A stretch of 64,000 nt of DNA from Candidatus Binatia bacterium. GTDB taxonomy: Bacteria; Desulfobacterota; Binatia; Bin18. Positions 20,176-30,549 of this stretch are shown here, piece by piece. A program made the translations under genes and the position numbers. Where the stretch lies: positions 2,009,039 through 2,073,038 of the forward strand of contig OY763426.1 of assembly GCA_963667495.1 (NCBI GenBank), given 5' to 3'. Below the pieces are notes generated by a model. It made no database searches. It was not told where the DNA came from and saw only the letters and a program-made list of their open reading frames with translations. Within the stretch, counting starts at the first letter, position 1. The number at the start of each line of letters is the position of its first letter.

Positions 20176-20934
20176 TTAGCCTGGCCCCGACTTTTTTATC
20201 ACTCGCACGATTGTTCGCGTGCTTTCGGACGGTTGGATACGTACGGAGAGCGGGCGGCGGCGTGGTACAGCGTTTTTCGTATAGACGACCGTTGAGTGAA
20301 TGGATTTATGCCCCAAATGTGCCTGCACTTCCTCTAGTGCATGTCCGTCCTCAAGAAGATGGGCAGCAACGGAATGGCGTAAACAGTGGCTGTGGCGTTT
20401 CGACGGCGGAAGCTTGGCCTGCTCCGCGTACATACGGAAGAGTCGATCAATACGCTGACGGCTGACCGGGCGCGCGTTCCGCGACGGAAAGAGGTAGGGC
20501 AGGGCGTCACTCCGAGTTTGCAGATATGCTCGGAGCAGATGCAGATATTCTGCGGCCATCGGTTTCTCTCCGGCGACGCCGCTCTTGAGGCGGGGGACAT
20601 GAATGCGGCGAGTGTGAAAGTCGACGTGCTCGCGCAGTAAGAGGCCAACCTCAGAGGCGCGCAGTCCAAAAGCGTACATGGCGGCAAACAGCGCACGGTC
20701 GCGCTCGTCTGTGATCTGAGCAAAGAACCGCTCAACCTCTCTACGAGTCAGCGTTACATATTTCGCGCGGGACTCCTGCTGGCGAGGTTCTGCACCTCGA
20801 CCTGAAACGTGTTCTTGTCGTGAGACCTTCGTTTGTAGTTCTCGGAGATAACGGACAACACTTTTTCCCTGTCGGGCGGCTTGCTGTGCGACAAGTCGCA
20901 GGAGCTTTTCTTGTTGGCCGGGGTCGTCTCTCAC
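20176..20934 (-). CDS. tyrosine recombinase (FimB/FimE-like catalytic domain)
   Basis: GLRASE, RLKSG, HCLRHS, LGHKS, VVYT: R-K-HxxR-H-Y catalytic residues all present. Confidence 0.88.
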   Translation of the reverse strand: MRDDPGQQEKLLRLVAQQAARQGKSVVRYLRELQTKVSRQEHVSGRGAEPRQQESRAKYVTLTRREVERFFAQITDERDRALFAAMYAFGLRASEVGLLLREHVDFHTRRIHVPRLKSGVAGEKPMAAEYLHLLRAYLQTRSDALPYLFPSRNARPVSRQRIDRLFRMYAEQAKLPPSKRHSHCLRHSVAAHLLEDGHALEEVQAHLGHKSIHSTVVYTKNAVPRRRPLSVRIQPSESTRTIVRVIKKSGPG

Positions 20935-20970
20935 AAGGTCTTCTCGATCGTGCTGCTGGGTGTTGTCGGA

Positions 20971-21612
20971 CTACGGGATCCCGAGCAGCTTATGCGTTTG
21001 CAGGCTAAGTCGCCACCGCGGGTGAGCAAGACAATACTGCAGCGCCAATTGGGTATTGCGCTCCCGCTCAGGACCATCCATTGGTTGCAGGAAAAACTCT
21101 TGGAAATCGAGGTGAGCAAAGCGCTCCGGCTCCACACCGGACTGGGGGAAAACAAGTTTCAGTTCGCCGCCCTGTCTCAGGGCGAGTGCTGAGCCAGCCT
21201 TGGGGCTGACACAGACCCAGTCGATGCCCGGTGGAGGAAGCAGCGTTCCATTTGTCTCAATAGCAATCTCAAATCCTTCTGCATGCAGGGCCTCAACAAG
21301 TGCCGCATCAAGCTGGAGCAAGGGTTCGCCGCCTGTACACACGACAAACGGGACACTGTGAGGAGCACGCTGAGCCGGCCATGTGGCAGCGACAGCCCCA
21401 GCCAGATCGCGAGCGGATACGAAACGCCCGCCCCCGGAGCCGTCCGTCCCAACGAAATCGGTATCGCAGAACTGACAGACCGCCGTAGCCCGGTCCTGCT
21501 CCAGCCCCGACCACAAATTACATCCGGCAAAACGACAGAAAACTGCCGGTCGGCCGGTGTGAGCGCCTTCACCCTGGAGGGTATAAAAAATTTCTTTGAC
21601 TGTGTAGCTCAT
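20971..21612 (-). CDS. queE: 7-carboxy-7-deazaguanine synthase QueE (Cx14CxxC type)
   Basis: KEIFYTLQGEG, CNLWSGLEQDRATAVCQFCDTDF, TGGEP, WRLSLQTHK. Confidence 0.93.
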   Translation of the reverse strand: MSYTVKEIFYTLQGEGAHTGRPAVFCRFAGCNLWSGLEQDRATAVCQFCDTDFVGTDGSGGGRFVSARDLAGAVAATWPAQRAPHSVPFVVCTGGEPLLQLDAALVEALHAEGFEIAIETNGTLLPPPGIDWVCVSPKAGSALALRQGGELKLVFPQSGVEPERFAHLDFQEFFLQPMDGPERERNTQLALQYCLAHPRWRLSLQTHKLLGIP

Positions 21613-21699
21613 GAAAAAAGAAAGGGACGCCAAAGACGTCCCTTATCAGACCCGGAAGAGGAGAAAAGAGGGCCAGAATATCTGCGGATACAAGAACCG

Positions 21700-22041
21700 T
21701 CAGGCTCGTTTCTTGCGAGCGACTTTCTTTGCTGCCGTCTTCTTTGCTGCCGTCTTCTTTGCGGGGCCGAGAATGGATTCCTTGAACACTTTTGCCGGTG
21801 TAAAGGCAACTTTTTTCCGAGCCGGAATAGTGATTTGCTCTCCGGTCTGCGGGTTGCGTCCCTTACGGCGTTTCAACTGACGGAGCCGAAAAGTCCCCAG
21901 GTTGGGAATTTTCAACTCTTTGTCTTTTTTGACCGTTTTTGTGACGAACTCCACAAAGGAATCCAGCTTGTCGGCTGCCGCACGGTTCGAGGCTTCCCCC
22001 CACGTCTCACCAAGTTTTTTCACCATCTCGGTCTTCGTCAT
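21700..22041 (-). CDS. HU family DNA-binding protein with a Lys/Ala-rich tail
   Basis: MTKTE, LGTF, RKGRNPQTGE.I.IPA; AKKTA repeats encoded by a 15-nt tandem repeat at 21725-21762. Confidence 0.92.
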   Translation of the reverse strand: MTKTEMVKKLGETWGEASNRAAADKLDSFVEFVTKTVKKDKELKIPNLGTFRLRQLKRRKGRNPQTGEQITIPARKKVAFTPAKVFKESILGPAKKTAAKKTAAKKVARKKRA

Positions 22042-22334
22042 GCTACCAACCTCCTCACCCGATAGGGTTCTACACTACATCCCACACCAGAAGTCGAGAG
22101 GTCTTGCCACGAAGCGCCTCCGACTCACCATTTGCGTATCTACTCCTCTACTAATCGGTCACTTCTTCTACCCGTGTCCTCCTCTCATCCTCCTTCCACA
22201 ATCACAACATGGGATGTCCGACTCCGAACAGAAATGAGAAAGGCAAGTCTCGCACTCAGAGCCGAACCCATCTCTTCAATTTTTATCCGTCAGGCTTGGG
22301 AATGTCAATAAAATCAGGCAAAAACAGCCGTAAT

Positions 22335-24767
22335 CTAGCGATACATCTCGACCAGTTCGATCATGCCGAGATCCTTGAGCGTGGAAAACAGGCGGCCTTT
22401 CACCTCGCGAGCCGTTCCGAGTTGAATAACCTCCTGGGTGAGAGATTGGGCGTCGGTATAGGAGAGCGAACGAATGAGACGTTTGATAACTGGGACAAAG
22501 AACGGCTCCATACTGAGTTCGTCCAACCCGATACCGAGTAGCACAAGTGTACATAGCGGATCGGAGGCCATTTCTCCGCACATACTGACTCGTTTTCCGG
22601 CGTGTTGTGCAGCGCGGACGGTGGTGGCTATGGCATTCAAGACAGCCGGATGGAGAGGCTCATAGAGAGATGCGACCTTGCGGTTATTCCGGTCTACCGC
22701 AAGCAGGTACTGAATGAGGTCATTCGTCCCAATGCTAAAGAAGTCCACTTCCTGAGCGAGCCGGTCTGCTAACCACACTGCCGCGGGCACCTCAACCATC
22801 ATACCGACCGGCATCAACGGGTCGAACGGTTTTCCCTCTCGTTGTAATTCATCCTTTGCCCGCGCCAGCAGGTTCTTGACTTGGAGCAGTTCTTCTACGC
22901 TGGAAATCATGGGAAATAAAATGCGAACCGGCCCATGCATTCCGGCGCGTAATATAGCACGCAGCTGCACCTTGAAGAGGTCAGCCATCTCCAAAGAGAT
23001 CCGAATCGAGCGCCAGCCTAAGAAGGGATTATCTTCTTGGGGCAGCTTCATATAGGGCGGATATTTATCGGGTCCGAGATCCAAGGTGCGGATGGTGACC
23101 GGCTTACCCGACATGCCAGTCAACACTCTTTGATACAGTGCTAACTGGGTCTCTTCGTCCGGGAAATCACTATAGGTCAGGAATGGGACTTCGGTCCGGT
23201 AGAGCCCAACGCTTTCGGCTCCGTGGCGCTGGGCAAAATCAACGTCGCTCAGCAAGCCGACATTGGCTCCGAGCGCAATACGCACCCCGTCCTGCGTTTC
23301 TGCGGGGAGGTCGTGAATTTCTTCGAGATTCCGGTTAAACGCGCGATACTCGCGGTCAAAGCGGCTATACTCACGAACGATTTCGGCACCAGGATTCACA
23401 TAGGCCACCCCAGCATTCCCGTCCACAATCACCGCATCGCCTTGTTGGATAACGGCAGCGTGCTCCACCCCAACAACGGTTGGAATTTCAAAGGACTTCG
23501 CCAGAATAGAGGTATGTGAGGTTGCGCCTCCGTTGGCGAGGACGACTCCCTTCAACTGCCGATGGTCCACTCGGCAGAGGTCAGACAGAGAGAGATCGTC
23601 CGCCACAAGAATCAGATTCTCCCCTTGTGGTCCGCTTTTCTCTTCTAGGCCAAGCAGATGGCGGAGGACACGCTGGCCGATATCGCGCACATCGGCTGCT
23701 CGGTCACGCAAATGCTCACCGCCTGTCCGCTCCAGCGTCTCGACATAGCCCTCCGTGACTTTCTTCAGAGCGGTATCTGCGGCATAGCCATCCTGGATCT
23801 GTGTTTCAATCTTTTCGATAAACGCCGCATCTTCCAGCATCATGCGATGCACATCAAAAATCGCCCGGTCGATCTCTGGCAGGCGCTCCTGGACGCGCTC
23901 TTTGAGCGTATCAATTTCCTGAATCGATCGCGTCAGAGCGGCGTGCAGGCGTTGGCGTTCTGCGTCTGGATTTCCAGTACGATGCTCTTCAATCGCGTTA
24001 AGACGAACAACTGGGTGGACAAGGTGAGCCTGCCCGGAGCCGATTCCAGGCGAAGCACTGACTCCGGTCAGACGTACACGGCTCGCCCGCCCCGGCCTCT
24101 GTGTTTGCTGTGCCCGCCTGCGCTCATAGGCGCTCGGGCGTTGAATGGCCGCCAACATGCGTGCCCGATAATCCTGACGCTCTCGTTCCTGTGTTTCGAG
24201 TGAGTCCTGCACACGGGCTTGAATGATGATGCCCGCAACCTGGGTGGCAATCGTTCTGAGCAGGCGGACCTCTGTCTGCGGAAAACGGCGACGACTCCGA
24301 CTCTGGACTATGAGTACGCCAAGTATTGTATCCTTGTCGCTCATCGGCAAGCCCAAAAATGAATGGAAGCGCTCCTCTCCGGTTTCCGGAAAGTATTTAT
24401 TCCGTTCGTGCGCCATGGCATCAGGGGCGACAACAGGCTCCCTGGTTTCAACCACGAGGCCCGTCAGCCCCTCATGTTTGTCCAGGCTGACTTTTCCGAC
24501 GGCCGTCTGGTCCAAACCGGTCGTTGCCCAAAGCGTCAGCCGCTCCCCCTTGGAATCCAAGAGATAGAGCGAACAGACATCGGTCCCCATGCGCTGGGCA
24601 ATAATTTTGGTAATTTCCTGCAGCGTGCCTCGTAAATCGTGGGCCTGAGAGGAGAGGGCGTCAATGTCTTCGAGCAGGTGGAGCCCGGGCGGCTGTACGG
24701 ACTGCGGTTCTGGCTGGACTCGTCCCTCAGTCTGTTTTTGAACGGAAGTTTTTGAAGATTCATTCAT
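22335..24767 (-). CDS. ptsP: GAF-domain phosphoenolpyruvate-protein phosphotransferase (EI-Ntr)
   Basis: N-terminal GAF (DVCSLYL, YFPETGEE), TSH phospho-His, GLYRTE, NPFLGWR, SIGTNDL, CGEMA. Confidence 0.93.
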   Translation of the reverse strand: MNESSKTSVQKQTEGRVQPEPQSVQPPGLHLLEDIDALSSQAHDLRGTLQEITKIIAQRMGTDVCSLYLLDSKGERLTLWATTGLDQTAVGKVSLDKHEGLTGLVVETREPVVAPDAMAHERNKYFPETGEERFHSFLGLPMSDKDTILGVLIVQSRSRRRFPQTEVRLLRTIATQVAGIIIQARVQDSLETQERERQDYRARMLAAIQRPSAYERRRAQQTQRPGRASRVRLTGVSASPGIGSGQAHLVHPVVRLNAIEEHRTGNPDAERQRLHAALTRSIQEIDTLKERVQERLPEIDRAIFDVHRMMLEDAAFIEKIETQIQDGYAADTALKKVTEGYVETLERTGGEHLRDRAADVRDIGQRVLRHLLGLEEKSGPQGENLILVADDLSLSDLCRVDHRQLKGVVLANGGATSHTSILAKSFEIPTVVGVEHAAVIQQGDAVIVDGNAGVAYVNPGAEIVREYSRFDREYRAFNRNLEEIHDLPAETQDGVRIALGANVGLLSDVDFAQRHGAESVGLYRTEVPFLTYSDFPDEETQLALYQRVLTGMSGKPVTIRTLDLGPDKYPPYMKLPQEDNPFLGWRSIRISLEMADLFKVQLRAILRAGMHGPVRILFPMISSVEELLQVKNLLARAKDELQREGKPFDPLMPVGMMVEVPAAVWLADRLAQEVDFFSIGTNDLIQYLLAVDRNNRKVASLYEPLHPAVLNAIATTVRAAQHAGKRVSMCGEMASDPLCTLVLLGIGLDELSMEPFFVPVIKRLIRSLSYTDAQSLTQEVIQLGTAREVKGRLFSTLKDLGMIELVEMYR

Positions 24768-24885
24768 AAAATAAGGGGCTGCATTCTATCTAAGGCTCTG
24801 GGGGGCCACAAGGCACGGGTCCCTCGCAGTCCCAAGTCCAGCGGGATGTAGGCCACAAGGCCCAAATAGGCACGGTCGGTTCGTC

Positions 24886-25671
24886 TTACAGATCAACTTG
24901 GTGATTCAGCGGAGCATGCCCGTGTCCGATCTGGAACCCAGCGGAGATCGCGCGCGTCACAAAGTCTTTCGCGTGCGCGACCGCCTCCTCGACCGTTTCG
25001 CCTTTAGCCAGCTCGGCCGTGATCGCGGCCGAGAAGGTACAGCCCGCTCCATGCGTACACACGGTGTCTATTTTCTGGCAGGAGTAGGCCCGAAAAGTGT
25101 TGCCGTCAAACAGCAGATCACAGGCATCTTCTTCGAGGTGGCCGCCTTTGACCACCACATAGGCTGGTCCTAAGGTTTTAATACGGCGGGCCGCCTCTTC
25201 CATATCGGACCGACGGACCACTGTCATGCCAGACAGCAGCCCGGCTTCATGCAGATTGGGTGTCACTACAAATGCCAGGGGGAGCAGTCTCTCGGTCAGA
25301 GTCTGGCGGGCGTCTGCTTGGAGAAGAGCGTGACCTCCTTTGGCGACCATTACCGGGTCAACGACCAGCTTGCGGACGCCATGTTCTGCTATCTTGCGAC
25401 TCACTACCTCGACGAGGGGGATGGATGACAGCATGCCGGTCTTTGCCGCCTGGATTTGCATATCGCCGAACACGCTATCGAACTCCTGCGCGACAAAATC
25501 GGACGGAAGCTCAACAACAGCCTGGACGCCCAACGTGTTTTGGGCAGTCACCGCGGTCAGCACACTCAGGCCGTATACACCGCGCGCCATAAAGGTTTTG
25601 AGATCGGCTTGAATACCAGCCCCGCCTCCACTATCCGACCCGGCAATGGTTAAGGCTTTCGGGCGTGTCAT
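24886..25671 (-). CDS. thiD: hydroxymethylpyrimidine/phosphomethylpyrimidine kinase
   Basis: TIAGSDSGGGAGIQADLKT, VDPVM, KGGH, THGAGCT. Confidence 0.95.
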   Translation of the reverse strand: MTRPKALTIAGSDSGGGAGIQADLKTFMARGVYGLSVLTAVTAQNTLGVQAVVELPSDFVAQEFDSVFGDMQIQAAKTGMLSSIPLVEVVSRKIAEHGVRKLVVDPVMVAKGGHALLQADARQTLTERLLPLAFVVTPNLHEAGLLSGMTVVRRSDMEEAARRIKTLGPAYVVVKGGHLEEDACDLLFDGNTFRAYSCQKIDTVCTHGAGCTFSAAITAELAKGETVEEAVAHAKDFVTRAISAGFQIGHGHAPLNHQVDL

Positions 25672-25715
25672 GGTCGCAGTGTCTCGTACTCGCGGTCTAC
25701 GGGAAATAACGCTGG

Positions 25716-26393
25716 CTATGGGAACTCACGCAGATCGCCAGTGTTCAGCCCCTGGCCGGTGGAGTACCGTCCGGCTTTGAGCTCATCAATGAGCTCTCGC
25801 GTGGTGGAGAGGGGACGCTCGAAAATCGTGACCGCGCAGCCGATGGACGATGCAGAGTGGCTGTCACTGCCGCCAATGCGTTTGCACCCGACATGCTCGG
25901 CTACCGCCTGGGCGTACCGATTTTCTTCTTCTGAGCAAGCACCGTTCACCACTTCAATGGCGTCTACATAGTCCAGCACTTCGAGGGCTTGACTCCCCGA
26001 CACAGGATTGGCTTGGTCGATCGGGGTGGTTTTATGGATAAACTGGAAACGTGGGTCGAGCTTGTAGCGAAACGGGTGGTTGGCAATCAGAAAACCATCG
26101 ACCTCATCGATAATGCGTCGTAACTCTTTGACCTTATAAATACCGCCGACATAGCGGTCGAGGCCAAAGGCTCCGACATGGCCCCATTCGGTTGTGACCT
26201 CAATCCCCAGAAATAATGTCACCCCGCGTTCACGGGCATACTCCTCGACTTCTGGGTCTGTCCAGGCATTGTCGTGCTCGGTGATGCAAATCCCCTCTAA
26301 GCCGATGGTGTGCGCCTGGTCGATCATCAGCAAGGGGTCAAGATTGCTGTCAGAGCTCCCGCGTGTGGTATGAACGTGGAAATCAATACGCAT
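25716..26393 (-). CDS. PHP-domain metal-dependent phosphoesterase
   Basis: DFHVHT, ITEHD, NHP, GGSDSH. Confidence 0.88.
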   Translation of the reverse strand: MRIDFHVHTTRGSSDSNLDPLLMIDQAHTIGLEGICITEHDNAWTDPEVEEYARERGVTLFLGIEVTTEWGHVGAFGLDRYVGGIYKVKELRRIIDEVDGFLIANHPFRYKLDPRFQFIHKTTPIDQANPVSGSQALEVLDYVDAIEVVNGACSEEENRYAQAVAEHVGCKRIGGSDSHSASSIGCAVTIFERPLSTTRELIDELKAGRYSTGQGLNTGDLREFP

Positions 26394-26590
26394 GGTTAGT
26401 GATATGCTCCCGTTTCGTAGGCCGCCTTTCTATACCGTCTTCTGCATACGCAGGCAAGAGTGCGAGTCTGTGTCCCCATTCAGACGTGGCTCGCCTTTCT
26501 CCTTCAATTCCTTTGTTCTCCGCCCGGCCTATGCTACAGTCCGTCTACCTCAGCTCTGTCACCACAGCTATTCCAGCAGGAGGGGAAGCT

Positions 26591-27808
26591 ATGAAGCGAC
26601 CGTTAGATGGCGTTCGTATTATTGACTGGACAATTTGGCAACAAGGGCCGGTATCAACCATGATGTTGGCTGACTTGGGTGCCGAAGTCATCAAGATCGA
26701 GGAGCGAGTCGGAGGGGACCCAGGCCGGGGCGTGCTCAGCATCGCGGGTGCGCTCGTTGGGGCGACGAGTGGTCCGAATTTCTATTTTGAGGCCAATAAC
26801 CGGCATAAGCAGAGCCTCACCCTTGATCTCAAAAACCCCAAGGCTATAGAGATTGTCTACCAATTAGCTGAGAAATCGGACGTCTTTGTTCAGAACTTTC
26901 GGAAAGGCGTGTCAGACAAGTTGGGCATCGGCTACGCGGCACTCTCTGAGCGCAACCCACAACTCATCTACGCCAGTGCCACCGGCTACGGTCCGTTTGG
27001 GCCGGATTCCGGTGAGCCCTCTTTTGACTATATGGGGCTGGCGCGCTCGGGTATCATGACCGCAGTGGGTGAGCCCCAGATGGAACCCCTCAGTATTGCC
27101 GGCGGTATCGCCGATCAGATGGGCGCTATCATGTTGGCCTACGGTGTCATGGCCGCCCTGCTGGCGCGCGAAAAATATGGCATGGGTCAGGAGGTCGATA
27201 TCTCTCATCTGGGCAGCATGACCGCGCTCCAAGGGCTTAACGTGGCGTGTAAAGCCATTCTCGGCAAGGAGTTTAAGCGCATGCCGCGCGCCGCGGCACC
27301 GAGCCCGCTGTGGAACCATTACAAATGCAGCGATGGCAAGTGGATCTGTCTGGCCATGCCGCAGCAGGACCGCTACTGGTCTGATTTCTGTACAGTCCTG
27401 GGCATTGAGCACGTCCTGGCCGACCCCCGCTTTGCGACCATGGGAGACCGGGCCGACAATGCCAAAGAGCTCATTCCCATTCTGGATGCCGCGTTTGCCT
27501 CGCGGCCCCGAGACGCCTGGATGCAGGCCCTCAAGGAAGGCGGAGACTTCATTTACACCGTAGTTAACACCATTGCTGACCTGCCCACTGACGAACAGAT
27601 GCTCGCCAACGAGTATATTGTCGATTACGAGCATCCCCGTATCGGCAAAACGCAGTTAGTCGGCGTGCCTGTGCGCTTAAGCAAGACCCCGGGCGACCCT
27701 AAAGGCGCGGCCCCGGAGTTTGGCGAGCACACCGAGCGGATCCTCACCGAGCTGCTCGACTATTCGTGGGAAGATGTGGCCAAGTTGAGAGAAGAGGAAG
27801 TGATTTAG
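26591..27808 (+). CDS. family III CoA transferase (CaiB/BaiF)
   Basis: PLDGVRIID, LADLGAEVIKIE, NNRHKQS, QNFRKG, GEHT. Confidence 0.9.
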   Translation: MKRPLDGVRIIDWTIWQQGPVSTMMLADLGAEVIKIEERVGGDPGRGVLSIAGALVGATSGPNFYFEANNRHKQSLTLDLKNPKAIEIVYQLAEKSDVFVQNFRKGVSDKLGIGYAALSERNPQLIYASATGYGPFGPDSGEPSFDYMGLARSGIMTAVGEPQMEPLSIAGGIADQMGAIMLAYGVMAALLAREKYGMGQEVDISHLGSMTALQGLNVACKAILGKEFKRMPRAAAPSPLWNHYKCSDGKWICLAMPQQDRYWSDFCTVLGIEHVLADPRFATMGDRADNAKELIPILDAAFASRPRDAWMQALKEGGDFIYTVVNTIADLPTDEQMLANEYIVDYEHPRIGKTQLVGVPVRLSKTPGDPKGAAPEFGEHTERILTELLDYSWEDVAKLREEEVI

Positions 27809-27913
27809 GAAAGGGATTGGGTTCTGGAGATTCGGGGTTAGGGATCGTACAACTGGGGACAGTACCGCCCGACTGAAACGTGCCTACGCCCGGCTCTTAA
27901 AGACACTGAGCGC

Positions 27914-28831
27914 ATGACCCTCACCCTTGAACTCCTTCCGCGGCCACCGTATTCGTTCGACTTGACGGTCACCCGCTTCATGCGTTTTGTGAGCGAGAAC
28001 GTCGATCTGGTCGCCGGCAAGCAATACCAACGCCTGCTCGCGGCCGGTCGCCAACTGGCGCTGGCCACGGTGACGGATGTCGGCACGCCGGCCAAGCCGC
28101 GGCTGGCGGTGGAGTTGCGCAGTCCGTCCAGGGCCACCCTCAAGCAGGCGGCATTTCATACCCAGCTCCGTCACATCCTGTGTACTGACTTTGATATCAG
28201 GCCGTTTTATCGCTTAGCGCGTCAGGATGAGACCCTGGCGCCGCTGGTAAAGCACTTTCGCGGGCTGCGCATTACCTCCAGCCCGACGCTGTTCGAGGCG
28301 CTGGTCATGGCGGTCCTCTCCCAACAGGTCAACCTCACTTTTGCCTACTCCATTAAAAAGGAACTGGTTGAAACGTTTGGTCGTAAGTGGCGGAGCAAGG
28401 GACACACCTATTACGCATTTCCCGAGCCGGTGCGATTTGCCGGCCAGAGCCTGGAGACCATGCGCGGCTTTCGGCTGAGCAAGGCCAAGGCCGGCACGCT
28501 GATCCGCCTGGGCGAAGCGTTTGCCTCTCGGGCTTTACGGCAGAGCGAAATCGCTCAACTGCCAGACGAAGCAGCGATTGAAGCACTGATTCAACTCAAA
28601 GGCATTGGTCGCTGGTCGGCGGAAACCGCACTGATGCGCGGCTTGGCAAGACCCGACGCGTTTCCGGGCGGCGATCTGGGCGTGGTCAAATATCTTGCTC
28701 AGGGCATGTTGGGCAAAAAAGAAAAGGCGACCGAAGCCGAAATGCGTGCCTTTGCCGAGCGCTGGCGTCCCTACCGTGGGCTGGCCCTGGTCTATTGCTA
28801 TGCGGAGCTCGCCCGGCGACGGTCCGTGTAG
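27914..28831 (+). CDS. alkA: DNA-3-methyladenine glycosylase II (AlkA family)
   Basis: FEAL..AVLSQQV, HhH LKGIGRWSA, FPGGDLG, WRPYR. Confidence 0.88.
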   Translation: MTLTLELLPRPPYSFDLTVTRFMRFVSENVDLVAGKQYQRLLAAGRQLALATVTDVGTPAKPRLAVELRSPSRATLKQAAFHTQLRHILCTDFDIRPFYRLARQDETLAPLVKHFRGLRITSSPTLFEALVMAVLSQQVNLTFAYSIKKELVETFGRKWRSKGHTYYAFPEPVRFAGQSLETMRGFRLSKAKAGTLIRLGEAFASRALRQSEIAQLPDEAAIEALIQLKGIGRWSAETALMRGLARPDAFPGGDLGVVKYLAQGMLGKKEKATEAEMRAFAERWRPYRGLALVYCYAELARRRSV

Positions 28832-28875
28832 GGGCAGTTGCCCAAGTCGGGCGGGTACAAGACACACCCCTACGC

Positions 28876-30549
28876 TCAGAACATACCCGAAATTTTGCCG
28901 TTCTCATCCATACGCATCTCGGCTGCTGCCGGTCTTGCGCCCAGGCCGGGCATAGTCAGCATGTCCCCGGTGAGTGGGACGCAGAAGCCGGCCCCTGCTG
29001 AGAGGCGGATTTCGCGCACGCTCAGCACAAAGTCACGCGGCCGGCCGTAGCGTTTTGGATCGTCGGACAGCGACATCTGGGTCTTGGCCATACAAATGGG
29101 CACATGACCATAGCCCTGGTCGTTGATCCGTTTGAGATCCGTGCGTGCGCGTGGCAACAGAGTAATGTCCGCTGCACCATAGACTTTTTGGGCAATAGTA
29201 CGGATCTTGTCTTCAATCGGCATTTCCGCTGGATACAGAAAACGCGGCACTGGGGCCGGCCCGTCGCAAGCTTTTACCACCGCCTCGGCCAGCGTCAGCC
29301 CGCCTTCTCCTCCCTGGCCAAACACGTCGATGACTCTGGCGTCTACGCCCAGGGCTTTGCTTTCCTCTACGACTAGCTGAAGCTCCTCTTCGGTATCGGT
29401 GGCAAACCGATTCACCGCAACAATGGGGCGGAGGCCAAACGCGCCCAGGCTCTCGACGTGTTTGGCCAGATTTTCCATACCCTGCTTCAGGGTTGACAGA
29501 TCGGGCCTGTTCACATCCGCCACCGGCGTCCCGCCGTGCATTTTGAGCGCCTTGACCGTTGCGACCAGGACCACCGCAGCGGGCCACAGGTCGGCCTCGC
29601 GGCATTTGATATTGAGGAATTTCTCTCCACCCAGATCAAACCCGAAGCCGGCTTCGGTCACCACATAATCGGCGTAGCTCAGGGCTAGGCGCGTGGCGAG
29701 GATGCTATTACAACCGTGGGCGATATTGCCGAACGGTCCGGCGTGGATGAAGGCCGGCACGCCCTCCACGGTCTGGACCAGGTTGGGTTTGAGGGCGTCT
29801 TTCAAAATAATGGCCATGGCCTCCGGCGCGTGAATCCGGTCCGCGGTAACTGCCTCCCCCTGGGACGAATAGCCAAGCACAATACGCGACAGACGCTGAA
29901 TAAGGTCCGCGGGTCCACTTGTCAGAGCCAGGATCGCCATGACTTCTGAGGCCGCAGTGATATCAAAGCCCTCTTCGCGCGGGACGCCCATGAGCCGCCC
30001 GCCAAGGCCCATCACGATTTGACGCAGCGCGCGGTCATTCATGTCCATGACGCGCCGCCAGCGAATCTGACGCACATCCAAATCCACCGTGCGATGAAAT
30101 ATGGCGGCATCCAGCATGGCCGACAGCAGATTGTGCGCAGAGCTGACGGCATGAATGTCGCCGGTGAAATGCAGGTTGATATCCTCCATGGGCAGGACTT
30201 GAGAGCGACCCCCTCCACAGCCTCCGCCTTTCACTCCAAACACCGGACCCATTGAGGGTTCGCGCACCGCCACAGTTGCTTTTTTACCCAAACGGGTCAG
30301 GGCCTGGCCCAAGCCTATCGTCGTGGTAGTTTTACCTTCGCCGGCAGGAGTGGGGTTAATGGCGGAGACAAGAATCAGCTTCCCCTGGGTCTGAGCGGGT
30401 GCGGCAGCGCGCGCCTCAAGCGCAATTTTCGCCTTCACGCGACCGTAGGGCTCAAGGTGTTCCGGCGGTAACGATAGCTGAGCAGCAATCTCTTCGATCG
30501 GCTTTAAGCGAACGGACTGGGCAACGGCAAGGTTTTGGTCTCGGCTCAT
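28876..30549 (-). CDS. fhs: formate-tetrahydrofolate ligase
   Basis: PTPAGEGKTT, INLHFTGD, GPFGNIAHG, TEAGFG, CMAKTQ.S, MPGL. Confidence 0.95.
   Translation of the reverse strand: MSRDQNLAVAQSVRLKPIEEIAAQLSLPPEHLEPYGRVKAKIALEARAAAPAQTQGKLILVSAINPTPAGEGKTTTTIGLGQALTRLGKKATVAVREPSMGPVFGVKGGGCGGGRSQVLPMEDINLHFTGDIHAVSSAHNLLSAMLDAAIFHRTVDLDVRQIRWRRVMDMNDRALRQIVMGLGGRLMGVPREEGFDITAASEVMAILALTSGPADLIQRLSRIVLGYSSQGEAVTADRIHAPEAMAIILKDALKPNLVQTVEGVPAFIHAGPFGNIAHGCNSILATRLALSYADYVVTEAGFGFDLGGEKFLNIKCREADLWPAAVVLVATVKALKMHGGTPVADVNRPDLSTLKQGMENLAKHVESLGAFGLRPIVAVNRFATDTEEELQLVVEESKALGVDARVIDVFGQGGEGGLTLAEAVVKACDGPAPVPRFLYPAEMPIEDKIRTIAQKVYGAADITLLPRARTDLKRINDQGYGHVPICMAKTQMSLSDDPKRYGRPRDFVLSVREIRLSAGAGFCVPLTGDMLTMPGLGARPAAAEMRMDENGKISGMF

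Noticed and set aside
21725-21762. 15-nt tandem repeat
   Set aside because: Encodes the AKKTA histone-H1-like tail, which is known in HU proteins.
25672-25715. TPP riboswitch upstream of thiD
   Set aside because: The gap is only 44 bp and lacks the conserved riboswitch motifs.
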